NCBI RefSeq assembly: GCF_004010195.1 | Contig: NC_057718.1 | Location: 92,412,765 to 92,476,764, forward strand | Source: Chiloscyllium plagiosum | Lineage: Eukaryota | Length of the DNA: 64,000 nucleotides | Reading direction: 5' to 3' | Shown: piece after piece, positions 1 through 12,960 of the stretch | Numbering within the stretch: the stretch's first letter is position 1 | Layout: the number at the start of each line of letters is the position of its first letter | Notes under the pieces: model-generated | Told to the model about the DNA's origin: nothing | Database searches by the model: none | What the model saw: the letters and a program-made list of their open reading frames with translations, nothing else | Position numbers and translations under genes: made by a program

Positions 1-108
1 TTCATTAATCCGTGGAATTCCGACCCCTAGAAAACAAATAGACTGGGTCATTGAATTTGGGGAGGCAATGGTCTAGTGGTATTTTTGCAAGACTATTAAT
101 CCAGAAAC

Positions 109-219
109 GGAAATGTGTTGCTGGAAAAGCGCAGCAGGTCAGGCAGCATCCAGGGAACAGGAGAATCGACGTTTCGGGCATAAGCCCTTCTTCAGGAATT
201 CGGGCATAAGCCCTTCTTC
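109..219 (-). mobile_element. Short Penelope-terminus (pLTR) insertion with 16-bp TSD, nested in the LINE head
   Basis: TSD CTATTAATCCAGAAAC at 93-108 and 220-235. Sequence is shared with the PLE terminus at 48881-49046; internal 21-bp tandem duplication at 173-193/199-219. Confidence 0.85.
164..200 (-). ncRNA. Minimal type I hammerhead ribozyme motif (PLE-associated)
   Basis: Minus strand reads AUUC-CUGAAGA-A-GGGC-UUAU-GCCC-GAAAC-GUC-GAUU: intact core, 4-bp stem II, palindromic ACGU stem III, GUC triplet. Confidence 0.7.
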
Positions 220-2249
220 CTATTAATCCAGAAACCTGACTAACTTTCTGGGAACTGGGTTCAAATCCAACCACAGCAGGTGGTGGGATTTAAATTCAGT
301 AAAGTATATCTGTAATTAAGAATCTATTGATGATGGCACCATTGTCAATTGTCAGAAAAATCCAACTGGCTCACTCGTGTCCTTCAGGGAAGGAGTTCAA
401 GGAAGGAAACTGCCATCCTCACCTGGTCTGGCCTACATGTGACTCTAGAGCCTCAGCAATGGGTTTGTTTCTCAACTACCCTCTGAAATGGCCCAGGAAG
501 CCACACAGCTGTATTGAATACTCCAAAGTCTCAACAAAGAAATGGAACGGGAATGTAGCACCTGGCATTGACCAAGGCACAGGAAAAGACAATGGCAGGA
601 AGAGCCCTGTTGACATTGCAAAGTCCTCCTTATTAACATCTGCGGCTACTGCCAAAATTGTTAGAGCTATCTCATAGATTAGTCAAGCAACAGCTTGATA
701 TTGTCTGTCAAATATGACTTCATGATTATGACTATGTCCTAGACACCACCATCACCATCCCCAGAGGTCCCACCAGCAGTACAGACCCATTAGATGTAGA
801 AACACCATGGTATACAACTGGGCAGGTGTTGACCTCTGAGTCCTCAATATTGACTTCAGACCCCATGAAGTCTCATTGCTTCAAGTTAAATATAGGCAAG
901 GAATGTCCTGCTGATTATCACATAATTGACACACAGTTTGGGTTCCACTAGGCCACTCAGCTCCTGACCTCATTACAGCATTGGTTCAAGCATGGACGGA
1001 CAAAAGGGCTGAATTCCTGAGATGAGTTGAAAGTGATATCTGTTGACATCAAGGCGACATTTGAGTTTCTCATCAAGAAAAACTGAAATTAATGGGTATT
1101 GGAGGCAAACTCTCCACTGGTTGGCGTCGTATCTGGCACAAAGAGAAGATGTTGTGGTTAATGGAGGTCAGTCATCTCAGTTCCAGGACATTGCTGCATG
1201 GGTTCCTCCGGATAATATCCTTGGCCCAATCATCTTCAACTGTTTTATCAATGGCTTTCCCTCCATGATGAGGTCTAAAGTGGGCATTTCCGCTGAAGAT
1301 TGCACAGTGTTTAGCACCATTGGCGACTGCTCAGAAGCAGTTCATGTTCAAATGCAACAAGATCTGGATGATATCCAGCTTGCGCTAACAAGTGGCAAGT
1401 AATATTTATGCCACACTAATGCCAAGCAATGACCATCTCCAATAAAAGATGATCCAACCACTGCTTCTTGGCATTCAACGGTGTTACCATCACTGCATCC
1501 CCCACTATCAATGTCCTTGGGGTTACCATTGACCAGAAACTCAACTGGACTCGCTGCAAAAACACAGTGGTTACAAGGGCAGGTCAGCGGTTAGGAATAT
1601 TCCAGCAAGTAACTCACCATCTGACTCCCAAAGCCTGACCACTGTCTGTAAGGCACAAGTCAGGAGTGTGATATAATATTACCCACTTGCCTGGATGGGT
1701 GCAGCTCCAGCACACTCAAGAACCCTGATACCATCCAGGACAAAACAGCCACTTGATTGACACCACATCCACAAGCATCCACTCTGTTCACCATCAACAC
1801 TCAGTATAAGTAGAGTGTACTATCTACAAGATGCACTGCAGAAGTTCACCACAGATCCTTAGACATCACCTTCCGATCTGGAAGGATAGGGCAGAGATAC
1901 ATGGGATTGCCACCACGTGCAATTTCCCATCCAAGCCACTCACCATCCTGACTTGGAAATATATCACTGTTCCTTCAGTGTCATTGGGTCAAATCCCAAT
2001 AGCACTGCCCTGTCATTCCCATTGTTTCAAGGTATTCCTGCACAATGAACTTATTTCTTCCTTACTTGAATCTATTTTTCTTTCCTTGTCCAGTCTGTTC
2101 CTGCTACGTTTGTGATAACTTGTAACACTACTTCAGTTCCACAATGTCCAGTTTCCTGATTCCAGCTGCCTCTTTTGTTTTTCACCATGGACTGGAATTC
2201 CTCCATACGTTTATCCATTAGGATGGTCTGAAGGCAGCACAGTTACCGT

Positions 2250-3390
2250 AACATTCTCTCATGCTGCTTCCTGTAAGGATTGTATTCCATTCTCCCAGTT
2301 CCTCCATCCCTGTCACATCTCTTCTAATGGTTCCGTGTCATACAGAGATGCTTCTGATATGTCTTGCTTTTTCCTCAACAAAAGACTGGAGTTGTCAGGG
2401 CCTTCAGCCATGTCCACCACATTTCCTGAACTTCTCCCGTCATCTCTTTATCCTTCTGTCAGAACAACAGAAGTGTTCCCCTTGTTATCTACCCTCTACT
2501 TTGAAAATATCATGCTCCAACATTTCTGTCACCTCCAGCAGGAAGCCACAAACACATCTTCCCTTGCTTTTGTGGGGAACTTTTTGTCCATAATACCCTA
2601 ATTCACTACCCAATCACTCTGAAACCCCTTAATACACCACATATCATGGTACCTTCCTATGCAGTTGAAGGAGGTGTAACATTGATCTTTCATCTTATTT
2701 CTCCTCACTGTTCAAAGCCCCAAACACACCTTCCAGGTGAAGAAATTATTTACTTGTACTTCTTTTAATCTAGTCTTTGCATTCACTGCTCGCATGCAGT
2801 TGTCTCTATTGGTGAGACCAAACACCGACTGGGTGGTTATTTTGTAGAACACCTCGACTATGCTCATTAACAATGGTCCTGGCTGTCCAGTAAATTACGA
2901 TTTCACCGCACCATCTTGCTCTCATTATAACACTTCATTGTTCTGTGCCGTTTTATTGAAGCCCAAATCAAACTGGAACAGTAGCACCCCATTTTACAGC
3001 TTCTGGACTCAACATTGAGTTCAGCAACTTCAGGCCAACACTGACCTCCATTTGATTACACTCCTCCCCCACCCAGTGTCTTGTTTGCATAGGTTTGCTT
3101 TTATGGCTTTTTTTTCCCATTAATATCTATTCTTCTATATATCGCTCTTCCACTACCAAGAGCCCTCCCTTTGCATTTGCTTTGGGCACCTCACCATCTG
3201 TTCCACTTGCTCCTCCACCCGCTTTGTCAACTGTATAAAGCACTGATTTTCTAGTTCAGTTGAAGGAGCATCATGTTGGACTCAAAACTATTTCTCTCTC
3301 CACAGATATTGCCAGATGTGTTGAGTTTCTCCATCCATTTCTGTTTTTATGTTACATCTCCAGCTTCCACTGCAATGTGGTTTTTATTTG
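2250..3390 (+). mobile_element. Old Penelope-like element 3' remnant (GIY-YIG region plus terminal repeat)
   Basis: Frameshifted IHCS...SIGETKHRLGGYFVEHL at about 2780-2855, homologous to the PLE at 47656-48880. Degraded terminal motif at about 3255-3385. Confidence 0.65.
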
Positions 3391-3659
3391 AGTTAGAAAT
3401 TTGAAAGACAAGAGAGTGGAGGGTTTTAGGGGGGTTCAGATAAAAATGGACTTGAGACAGCAGCTTAATTTGCCATGATCATCATGAGCAGCAGAGCAGG
3501 CTTGAAGGGCTGAATCGTCTTCTCCTGCTCCTAACTCTTATGGTACTGTATGGAGAATATTCTGTCATTGACACTGGGAAGATTTAGATCATACCACTAG
3601 TTTCAAATCTGTTTCTATATGTTTTTGCTGATGCAGCTCCCCTGAGCATACAAAAAGTC

Positions 3660-4500
3660 TTAATAACTGACTAGAGAGTGAGCTTTAAAGGAGGAGGAAG
3701 AAGAAAAAAGACCAGTTGGTTGAGCGCAGAGTTACCGAAGGCTTGTTGGGATAGAGAAAGTTACAGATATAGGGTAGGTGAAATCATGGAGGGATTTAAA
3801 CAGATGGATGAGAATTTTTAAATTGAGACATTGATATCTGCAGAACCATTGATGATCTTGGAGCAAATGTGTACTGGGCATACAGGATATGATGTGGTTC
3901 AGCAGTTTTGACTAAGCTCAGGTTTATGCAGGATGTAATTGGGAGGTTGAGCAAGGGTGCAGTTGAACAGTCAGGTCTGAGGATGTGAAAATCATGATCG
4001 AGGTTTTCCTATTATGTGGACTGAAGCAAGGTAGAGATGAGTGTTCTGGTGGTGGATATAAGTGGCCTTTGCGATGGAGAGGCTAAGAAATCAGAGGTTA
4101 CATTAGGTGTAAATACGACCTTAGGTTGCCAAGAGTGTGCATCAGTCTGAGGCAATGCCCATGCCCTGTATGGAATTAATGATGAGGAACTAATAAAATG
4201 AATGGCTTTGGTGTTTCCCAGGCTTAAATTAGAGGAAACTATGGCTCATGCAATAAAGGTGGTGGATAGGTTGAGGGAACTGGTGGTGATACAGAATTGA
4301 TACCCAGAGGAGCTATTGTAGTGGAGTGGTAGTATCTGGGCCAGGTTCAACTCCCATCTACTTCAGAGATGTGGCCTGATATGTCTAAAGAGGTAGATAA
4401 ACTCTATACATATGAACCTGATGACATGACTTTGGATTATAATGTCAAGAGTTGGCATTTATTACTTGCAGGGTACCAAGGATAGATTCTTGGTTGAGAG
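3660..4500 (-). mobile_element. Highly decayed L2-like LINE remnant
   Basis: Purine/G-rich text typical of antisense L2 ORF2 (e.g. GGAGGGATTTAAACA..., GCAGTTGAACAGTCAGGTCTG); no intact ORF. Confidence 0.4.
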
Positions 4501-6491
4501 AATTTGTGAATTGAAGCTTAACTCAGAGTTACTTGTAGTTAGAGGCAGCAGTTTCATTTAGGCATAGTTGAAGAGCTTGCAAATAATCAATATCAAGCCT
4601 CATATTGGCTATTTTCATGACATATTGTCAGGCAATTATAAGACTCCACAGCAGCAAGATGTTAATATCGCTATTGATGAAGGAAGCAAGTTGAAACAAG
4701 GGAAAGAAATGAAAAGTAAGTATGAACAATAGACATGGGGTTTTCTACTTCTGAATTGTTTGAGAGTCACGTTAATTGGCATACTATAAAGCACTAGTTT
4801 ATAAGCATTCAAACTTTTTTTGTTTGAAGGATCCCTTTTCAAATCAATGAGTAATCAGGGATACTCAACCTAAATTTAATACCAGATAATACTCATAGGA
4901 AAGTGCTGTATATGCTTTTAAGACAGCAGGCAATTAGAGGAGCAATTTGAAGACAATTTCACTAATTTAGACAATGATCAGACAAACCAGTGATAAAGAA
5001 TCAGTGTGACTCTAATAACATTCTGTCCTTGTCATGGCACTATAATGGCATAAGTAGCTAATCAATTTACAGTCACATCCAATACAAACAGTCATTGGTC
5101 ATATCTGTATGAATTAGCAGACTCCAAGCAGCAGTCTTTTAAAATCTGCTTCCCTTAGAAAAATTAGTTTCTTTCCATTCAATTTTATTACAGAGTACTC
5201 ACATGAAAGCAACCTTCTCTGAAATACTTCACAGATCTTTGCAAACCAGCCAAATTTCTGAATGTTATTTAATCTTTCCAAAGAATTTACATTATTGCAA
5301 CATAGTGCATTGACAAACTGACAGTTTTTTTTCCACAATTGCAGCAATCAAACCAACAGGAGATTAATATAATCAGAACATTCTTCGAGTGTTAAAAGCC
5401 AGGCTGCTTTATAATGGCACTTGCTCTTTGTGTGAATCCCAATTGCAAGTATTCAATTGTTACAGCAATGGCTGACCATTCACCTGTCCTCATCTCCCCC
5501 AAACAAAAATGCATGACTACTTACTGAAAACTATGGTAGTTGAGGCACCAAAGACCATGAAGCGGGTTCAAAGTTTTGAGAAATGGATATCTTTTCAACT
5601 ACCTTTGGGGGATTAACGATAACAAAATTTTAATATGTTGAAAGTGGGTGGCTTGCATTTTTCTTCGTTTCCCGTTTGTTTCTTTTCCCAGGAAAGTCAC
5701 TACAGACTCTCCGAGGTCTGAGAATCTGTGATATAAAACAAGTGTGCACTAATTTACATTACCTGATTCAAACTATTTCAATGTTCGGTCAGTCACAACA
5801 TTGTTTGCATGTAATATAAATGACACTTTACAGGCAACTGGTGAAAGTGATAAGTAACTTTGCCTGTCAAAAACAAATCTGTACGCAAGTCTAATATCTG
5901 AACAATTGCATATTTTCTCCATTAGATGGCACTGCAGGAGAATTTGTACTAGAGTTACCTAAAATACAAGCAAATGTGGGCAGTTAAATCTTCATCTGTT
6001 GATCAAGCTGTGACATTTCTAAAATGGATTAGAAAACATTGAGTCCTCTGCTATATTGAAAGTCACCCACTTTGTGCAATCACTTCAGGAAAGTAGTGTC
6101 CATATTTGAAAGCAGTCAACATTGAATTCTTCTATGGCCACTTAAGACTTCTTGATTCCACAGACTTCGATGCAGGAACTGCCTTTATTTTCAGTGTCAT
6201 AAGCTAAGTTTACCATACAAATACTATTTATAACATTCATCCACTTAAGGCCTATCCTCCTAATTCATGGTAAATGTATCCCTTAAATTGATCTGTCATA
6301 GAACAAGTCATCTCACCCTGCCTCCCCTGCTATCTCCCTTTCACTAAAGTAGTTACTCCACATTGCTGCTGTAATTTTGATCTTTCCCCTTTTACCGCCC
6401 TCTACACCTCCCTGTTACTATTCTCCAGTTGTCCTCTTCTCCCTTAACTCCTCCTTTACTTTTCCCTCTTCTTTACTCTCCTTATTCATGT

Positions 6492-6803
6492 GGGCGGCAC
6501 GGTGGCACAATGGTTAGCACTACTGCCTCACAGCGCTAGAGACCCGAGTTCAATTCCCATATCAGGCGACTGACTGTGTGGAGTTTGCACGTTCTCCCCG
6601 TGTCTGTGTGGGTTTCCTCTGGGTGCTCCAGTTTCCTCCCACAGTCCAAAGATGTGCAGGTCAGGTGAATTGGCCATGCTAAATTGCCCGTAGTGTTAGG
6701 TAAGGGGTAAATGTAGGGGAATAGGTGGGTTGCGCTTCGGCGGGGCGTTGTGGACTTGTTGAGCCGAAGGGCCTGTTTTCACACTGTAAGTAATCTAATC
6801 TAA
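6492..6803 (+). mobile_element. HE1-type tRNA-derived V-SINE
   Basis: GGCACGGTGGCACAATGGTTAGCAC head with A/B boxes, V-domain-like GGAGTTTGCACGTTCTCCCCGTGTCTG, and (CTAAT)n tail; five related copies in the window. Confidence 0.9.
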
Positions 6804-7289
6804 ATCTACTCCATCTGCCTTCCACCCTTTCCACTCCCTGCATGGTCCAGCTATTCTCACTCTCTATCCCTGCTTGAATTGAATGTTGAACCTAATCTTG
6901 TTATGAAGAGGCCGGCAGGTAATACGTTTTGCCATTTATAAACGATGATTGGAATGAAAAGCAGAAAGTTCTGCATTCTGGTTTACAGAAGACTAAAGGA
7001 ATGAGAAGTTATGTGGATGACAGCAGGATATTACATAGGGAGGTAGACAACTCTTGAGTAAAGCTGTAGTACTTTTAGTTTAATCTGACCAAATGTGATA
7101 TTCTCTACTTGAGAATTGAGAGAGTCAAATTGGAATATTTTCATTAATGTGTCATTGAAGTAAGGTGAAATGAAAGGGTCCAGGTCTTCGTGTACACAAA
7201 TCACATATGAGCTGGATACTGTGCAGTACCTTAGGGTGGAGAAAAGTAACGTGGACACTTTATTCCCAGAAAGAGTATTGTGATTTTGT

Positions 7290-8980
7290 TAGTGATCTGG
7301 AACAGTGGAGTGAGACTTTGACTGAGGCAGTTGGGGGGACCCAAGAGGTGGAATAAGTTTGAAGTTCTTGCTGCTTATATGAATGATAGCAGTAGCTGCA
7401 GCAAACTGATCATGGCACTGTTGTAAGGAAAACCATTCAAACAGGGTATGTTAATAGCAGTATACAGGTAGTTGTAGTAGAGGATAACATAGTCAGTGCT
7501 TAGACACAGTTCTCTGCAGCTAAGAGCAGAAGTACAGACCATTGGACTGATGACAGTGCTTGGAACATATTCTCTGGGCTGGAAAGGAACTTACAGTGGA
7601 TGTGTTGGATCTAATGACAGTGTCCCATAAAGGTACCAACAACATAAATAAAATAAGCAAAGAGGTTCTGCTGTGTGATTTTGAGTAGCGAGGGGCTATA
7701 TTAAGAAAAACAGAACCTCACCTGAGGCACAAGCAAATTGACATAAAATAAGTAAGATTAAAGAGAGCAATGCATGGCTCAAAGATTAATGTGGGGAAAA
7801 TGGATTTTGATTTCTGGGGTTCCGACATCCAGTACTGGGGAAACTCAGAGCTGTACCATTGGACAGCCTACACCTGAACTGGGTTGCGACCTGTGTTCTG
7901 ACGAATCATATAATAAAAGCATCAGAGAGGGCTTTATACTAAAGAGTTAAGGACAGGGATCAAGTGAGGGGAGCTGTGTTAGGTAATGATTACCAGGGTA
8001 CGACAGGAATGGGCTGAACATACAAACATAAGCACATGAGGCCAGAGATTGTAAAAAAGGCCAAAAGAAAACAGGGTTTAAAGCTTTGTATCTGAATGCA
8101 TTCAGTATTTGTAGCAAAAGGGATGATTTTGTTAACATAGTGATAAATATTCATGACCTGATGGGTATTACAGAGACTTGATTGAAAGGTGACCAAGAAT
8201 GGGATCTGAATGTTAAAGGGTATTTGACATATTGGAATGACAAGCTAGGAAAAAGTGGAGGGATAGCTGTCTTAATTAAGTATTGCATTAATTTAGGACA
8301 GAGAAATGGCCTTGCAAGATCAAGATATATATTCAGTTTGGATAGAGATAAGAAATAGTAAAGTTGAGAGGTTACTTGTGGCAATAGTTTTTCAGCCCCC
8401 AAACAGTTATTACACTGTGTGGCAGAGCATGCAAAAAGAAATAGCTGAGGAATGTAAGAAATGTGCCACAAAAATCACTTACATGTACATTGGAAATTTA
8501 GATTGGTGCAGGTAGCCTGGAAAATAAGTTCATACTGTGTCTGAGGCAATTTCTTCAAGCAATATGATCCAGTATATACTGACTGTCAGCTATTTTGTTA
8601 AGTTAAACCAGGCTCAGTGGACAAGTCCTGTACTTTCTGTCCGCAGAGAACAGGATCCTGCATATTAATTGATGTGACTTCCAATACATTCAAGTGCAAT
8701 ACACTTCAAGTCTAGTTGACAGGTTCTTGTTAGACCTGGTAATATGCACTGAGGTTAATCAACAAACTCATGGTAAAGATGCCTCCAGGTGATCACAATA
8801 TGAAAGAACTTATTGTTCAGTTTGAAAGGGAGGAGGAGGCATCCATGATTAGTGTCTTAAACTTAAATAAAGGTAACTATGAAGGCAGAGCGAGCACAGG
8901 TAAACTGTGAAATTAGGTTAAAAGTAGGTTAGTAGACTTAAAGTAGCAAACCTTGAAGAATACATATAATAACTCGCAGC
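7290..8980 (+). mobile_element. Old CR1 LINE 5' half (ORF1 esterase plus APE endonuclease remnants)
   Basis: GTNNI (about 7632), DSLHL (about 7860), ALYLNAFSI and ITET.LKGDQEWDL (8080-8210), ORF 8306 SVWIEIRN..VAIVFQPPNS. Confidence 0.7.
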
Positions 8981-9229
8981 AAAGATTGATCATCTGTGGC
9001 TATTTAAGGAAGTTAAGGGTAGTTTTAAGTTGAAAGAACATAGTAGAAATTTGCAAAAATTAATGTTAGGTCAGAAATTGGATAGACTTTAAGAACCAAC
9101 ATTTTCTTGAAGCTTTTTATCTTGAACTCAATAGGACAAGCCACAAGAAATATTAAACTGAAGGGAAAAACGTTTATATTGTACGAAAGTGCAGTGCTGA
9201 TTGATTGGCAAGTGGACTTTGGTGATTGT

Positions 9230-9690
9230 AACTGCATCAATTCATGATAACTGACAGTTAGCTGCCAAACTTTGTTTACATGGAATGATGCCTAACCTCC
9301 TACCTCATGCTTACTTTTGATATCTAAGTGATGTGCTTGCTATATGCAGCTGCATGTAATGATTTCCTTACCTGTCTTAATGGGCTCCATTCTTCTCTCA
9401 AATTCATGTTTGAAATGGAGCAGTCAAATGACCATCCTTTCCTGATGTCCTAGTTGAGAAATGTACAAGTTTGTTCTCTACTGCTATCTGCTGTAAACCT
9501 ACCTTCTCTGTTATATGTTGAAATTCTTGCAGTTCCACATTTATAGGATAGGCCTTATCAGCGACTTCATAAATTTTGACTGAGCCATTTCTTCATGCAA
9601 TCCTGATGCTGAACTAGAATGGCTACCCTAATCAGACCATTTCTTTCATGCAAACTCATGAACTCATTTAAAGACACTGCTTCTGGGCCA
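9230..9690 (+). mobile_element. Penelope-like RT fragment
   Basis: LNGLHSSLKFMFEMEQSN..PFLDVLVEK at about 9375-9460 (frameshifted), a PLE RT C-terminal motif. Confidence 0.6.
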
Positions 9691-9959
9691 GACAGAAAGT
9701 ATAGGAACCTGCACATTTTGCCTGTTTCAACTCAAAAAAAAAAGCAGCTGACAGCCAGTCTCTGGTTCATTTCTTAATATGATGCCATGACCAATCAGAG
9801 TCTGGACCTCTTTCATTCAGTATAAATGTTGTTCCCTTGTATCATGGCCTTTCTTGTGAATTGTCCTGATGAGTGCAAGGTGAAAAGATTCAACAAAATG
9901 TGCCTTTTCTTCAGCAGTACTAAAGAATTATTCAGCATTATTAAAGTTAATTGCATGAG

Positions 9960-11190
9960 AAACAATTTAAAGAAGGTTCACTCAACTCATTCCTGGGCTT
10001 ATTGTATGTGGAAAGGTTGAATATGGAATGTATCAACTGGAGTTTAGAAGAATGTGAGGTAAACTTTCTGAAACATTCAAGATTTAGGAGGGACTTTATC
10101 AGGTGGATATTTAGCGGATGTTTCTATTTTTGGGAAAGGCTAAAACTGGGAGACATTGTTTAAGATTAAGATATCTCCCTTTTAGGACACTGATGTGTGC
10201 ATTTTCTTTTTCTCTGTGTCATTAGAAGTGAAAATCTCTTCCCCAGTAATTAGTTAGAAATTTGTTTTTTAAATTTATTCAAAGCTGAGTTAGATAGATA
10301 TTTGATAGTGAAGGGAGTAGAGAATTATGGGGTGCAGACTAGAATGTGGAGCTAAGATCACAACCAGATCAACCACAACAGTATTCGATTGTCAAACAGA
10401 CTCAACAGACAAATTGCATACTCATGCTTCAATGTTCTGAATATAAATATTAGGCACAAATCATTTAGAATTGAATCAGAACAATTCATTTCATACACAC
10501 GGTATTGGACTTTTGGAAATTTCTGCCCTAAAAGTCTTTGGATACTGGGTCGATTGTTATTGTTGGATGTTTCTTAGAAATGGATAGCAAGGAATATGAA
10601 GATTTGCTGCATGAATTGAGTTTAAGTGCAATGATATAATAGAATGATGGAACAGATTTGAGGGCTGATTGCCTTACTACTGCTTTTTTTTAAGGCAATC
10701 TGAAGTATTAGGACAATGCATTGGGGAGATTACAGTTGGAGTACTGTGTCCAGTTTTGGGGACTCCTCTTAAAGACAGAATATTTGAGCCAAGAGAAGGG
10801 TTCAACTTGAATGATACCGGCTTTAAAGGATGTTGTTCTGCTGATAGATTTGATGAATTTGAAATGTATTAAATGGAGCTGAGAAGGTTAAGGAGAACCT
10901 AATAGAATTGTTCAAATAATAATTAAACTTTTTAAAATATGAAGGATTGTTTACATTGGTCAGTGAATTGGTAACAAGGGGTCATAAATTTAGAAACGTA
11001 AAAAGGGAGGTTAGAAGCATTGATTTCATGCAAGAGGTTATTAGAATATGGAGTGCATTACCACAAGTGGCAATTGAAGCCAACTCAATCATGACATTTA
11101 CTCAGAAATTAGATGAGCATTTGATGAAGAAAAATTGTGATGGATATGGAGAAAGAGCAAAAAATAGGGTTAGATACCTTTGATGTGAAA
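9960..11190 (+). mobile_element. Cluster of three decayed CR1 3'-end fragments in tandem
   Basis: Repeated CR1 C-terminal motifs (TRGHKFR..EVIRIWSALP..FTQKLDEHL in ORF 10947; similar text at about 10020-10430 and 10470-10690). Confidence 0.7.
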
Positions 11191-11487
11191 CTAGGACTTA
11201 CAAAGACATAATGAACATAATAGACTCTACTGTCTAAGCTGGCACAGTACAATGCTCAAGCGCTAAATTACCATTGATCTGTTAAGCCATCTCTATCACT
11301 GTATGAATGTTATACTAGTCATGTATGTTGTAATTTATCTGATCACTGTGCAGATATTGTTTAGTCCACATTGAAGATTGGCCTCAGTGGATACATTTTT
11401 AAGATATGATCTTCTTGTACTGAAAGGTGCATCACATCAAAGAAGTAATTTTCTGTTTCAGGAATCTGATGTGACAGATCTAGAAAA

Positions 11488-11703
11488 GGTCGTTCTGTTA
11501 TAATGCAGTTTCGTCTGTGTGAATTTGCTGTAATGCAATTGATGAATTGGGGATGCTGTTTCGACTGTGCAAACTTTTAAAGTGAGAGGTGTCTGTAATG
11601 CAATTATAACGCCAACACTTTAAACGCTGTTTCTAAAGCACGATTTTTCTATAATGCAGCGTTGCACAGGAACCCAACCATGGCATTATAGAAGAACTGT
11701 CTG
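11488..11703. mobile_element. Tigger/pogo-like MITE
   Basis: Imperfect TIRs AGGTCGTTCTGTTATAATGC ... GCATTATAGAAGAACTGTCTG; a related copy lies in reverse orientation at 45361-45565. Confidence 0.65.
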
Positions 11704-11779
11704 GATAGGTCAGTGATAGAACAACATGTAGAGTTCATTCTCCAGTTTAATCTCATTTGTTCCAACAATATACTTTCAA

Positions 11780-12960
11780 TCCAGTGAGGAAGAAAGATGG
11801 TAAGGAGGGTAAAAATCATCCATGGCTAAACAAGGAGTTCAAGGACAATATAAAGTCAAAAACTAAGGTATACCATATTGCAAAGGCCAGTAGGAAACTT
11901 TGAAGCATAAACAAAGGGATACTAAAAAATCAATAAAAAGAGCTAAGGTAAATTACAAAAGAAAACTCGCACAAAATATCAAAAAGGACAGCAAAAGTTC
12001 CTATGGTTATATAAAAGGGAAGAGAGTCAAGATGATGAACGCTGGTCTCTTGAAAGATGAAACGGAAGAGTTAATAGTGGGGAACACTGAAGTGGTGGAA
12101 ATGCTAAATCAACATTTGTCTCGGTTTTCATGATGGAGGACGATACTACGATTTCAATTGGAACAGGCCAAGTCGGAGGTAGAGCTTAGAATAATCAACA
12201 TTGAAATGGAAAATGTAGTCAGCAAACTAGTAGGTGCTATGGTGCAGAAGGATCTGGGTGTCCTTGTTCATGAGTCACAGAAAACTAGCATGCAGGTACC
12301 GCAGATAATAAAGAAATCCCTTTGGCTTTTACAGCTAAAGCAATAGAATATAAAGGTCAGGAAGTATTATTGAAACTACACAAGATGTTGGTGAGACCGC
12401 ACCCGGGATATTGTGCACAGTTTTGGTCCCCTTATTTGAGGAAAGATGTAGTGGTATTGGAGGCAATTCAGAGGAGTTTCACTAGATTGATCCCTGAGAT
12501 GAGGTGTTTGTCGTAGGAAGAGAGATTGAACAGTTTAGGCCTATACTCTCTGGAATTTGGAAGAATGAGGGGAGATTAAATTAAGGTACTCAAGAGGATA
12601 AAAGGTTTGGATAAAATAGATGTGGAGCGGATGCTTCCTCTTGTGGGGCATTCTAGGATGAGATGTCTTAGTCTTAGGATAAGGGGTAACAAATTTAAAA
12701 CGGAGGTGACGAGAAACTGCTTCTCCCAAAGAGTTGTGAATCTGTGGAATTTGCTACCCCAAAATGCAGTTGGTGCTCGGACAGTGAGTAAATTTAAGGA
12801 GGAGTTAGACAGATTTTTAATTGGTACTGGGTTGAAGGGTAATGGGGAGAAGGCAGAAAAGTGGGGGAGGAGTATATTAGCCATGATCGAATGGCAGAGC
12901 TGACTTGATGGGCCAAATCGCCAAATTCTGCTTCTATATCTTGTGAACTTATGAATCCAG
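11780..12960 (+). mobile_element. CR1 LINE ORF2 remnant (internally deleted) with 3' tail
   Basis: ORFs 11900, 12322 (LVRPHPGYCAQFWSPYLRKD) and 12607 (FSQRVVNLWNLLP) are CR1 ORF2 motifs. Confidence 0.9.

Larger units (their letters stand above)
57..2000 (+). mobile_element. Decayed, internally deleted CR1-group LINE with a tRNA-like (pol III A/B box) 5' head
   Basis: A box TGGTCTAGTGG at 69-79, B box GGTTCAAATCC at 258-268. APE-like start near 630-710, RT motifs (ORF 1043: VPPDNILGPIIFNCFING, SAEDCTVF) and C-terminal TLKNPDTIQDK / YKMHCR. Confidence 0.75.

Noticed and set aside
5691..5860. Strong + strand acceptor, possibly a 5' UTR exon; also a minus-strand exon-like block at about 5525-5602
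   Set aside because: No clear donor or frame link to the gene model; unsupported without transcripts.
6492..6570. tRNA gene (also heads at 32342, 49673, 54366, 57708)
   Set aside because: A/B boxes continue into SINE bodies and tails; no complete cloverleaf with terminator.
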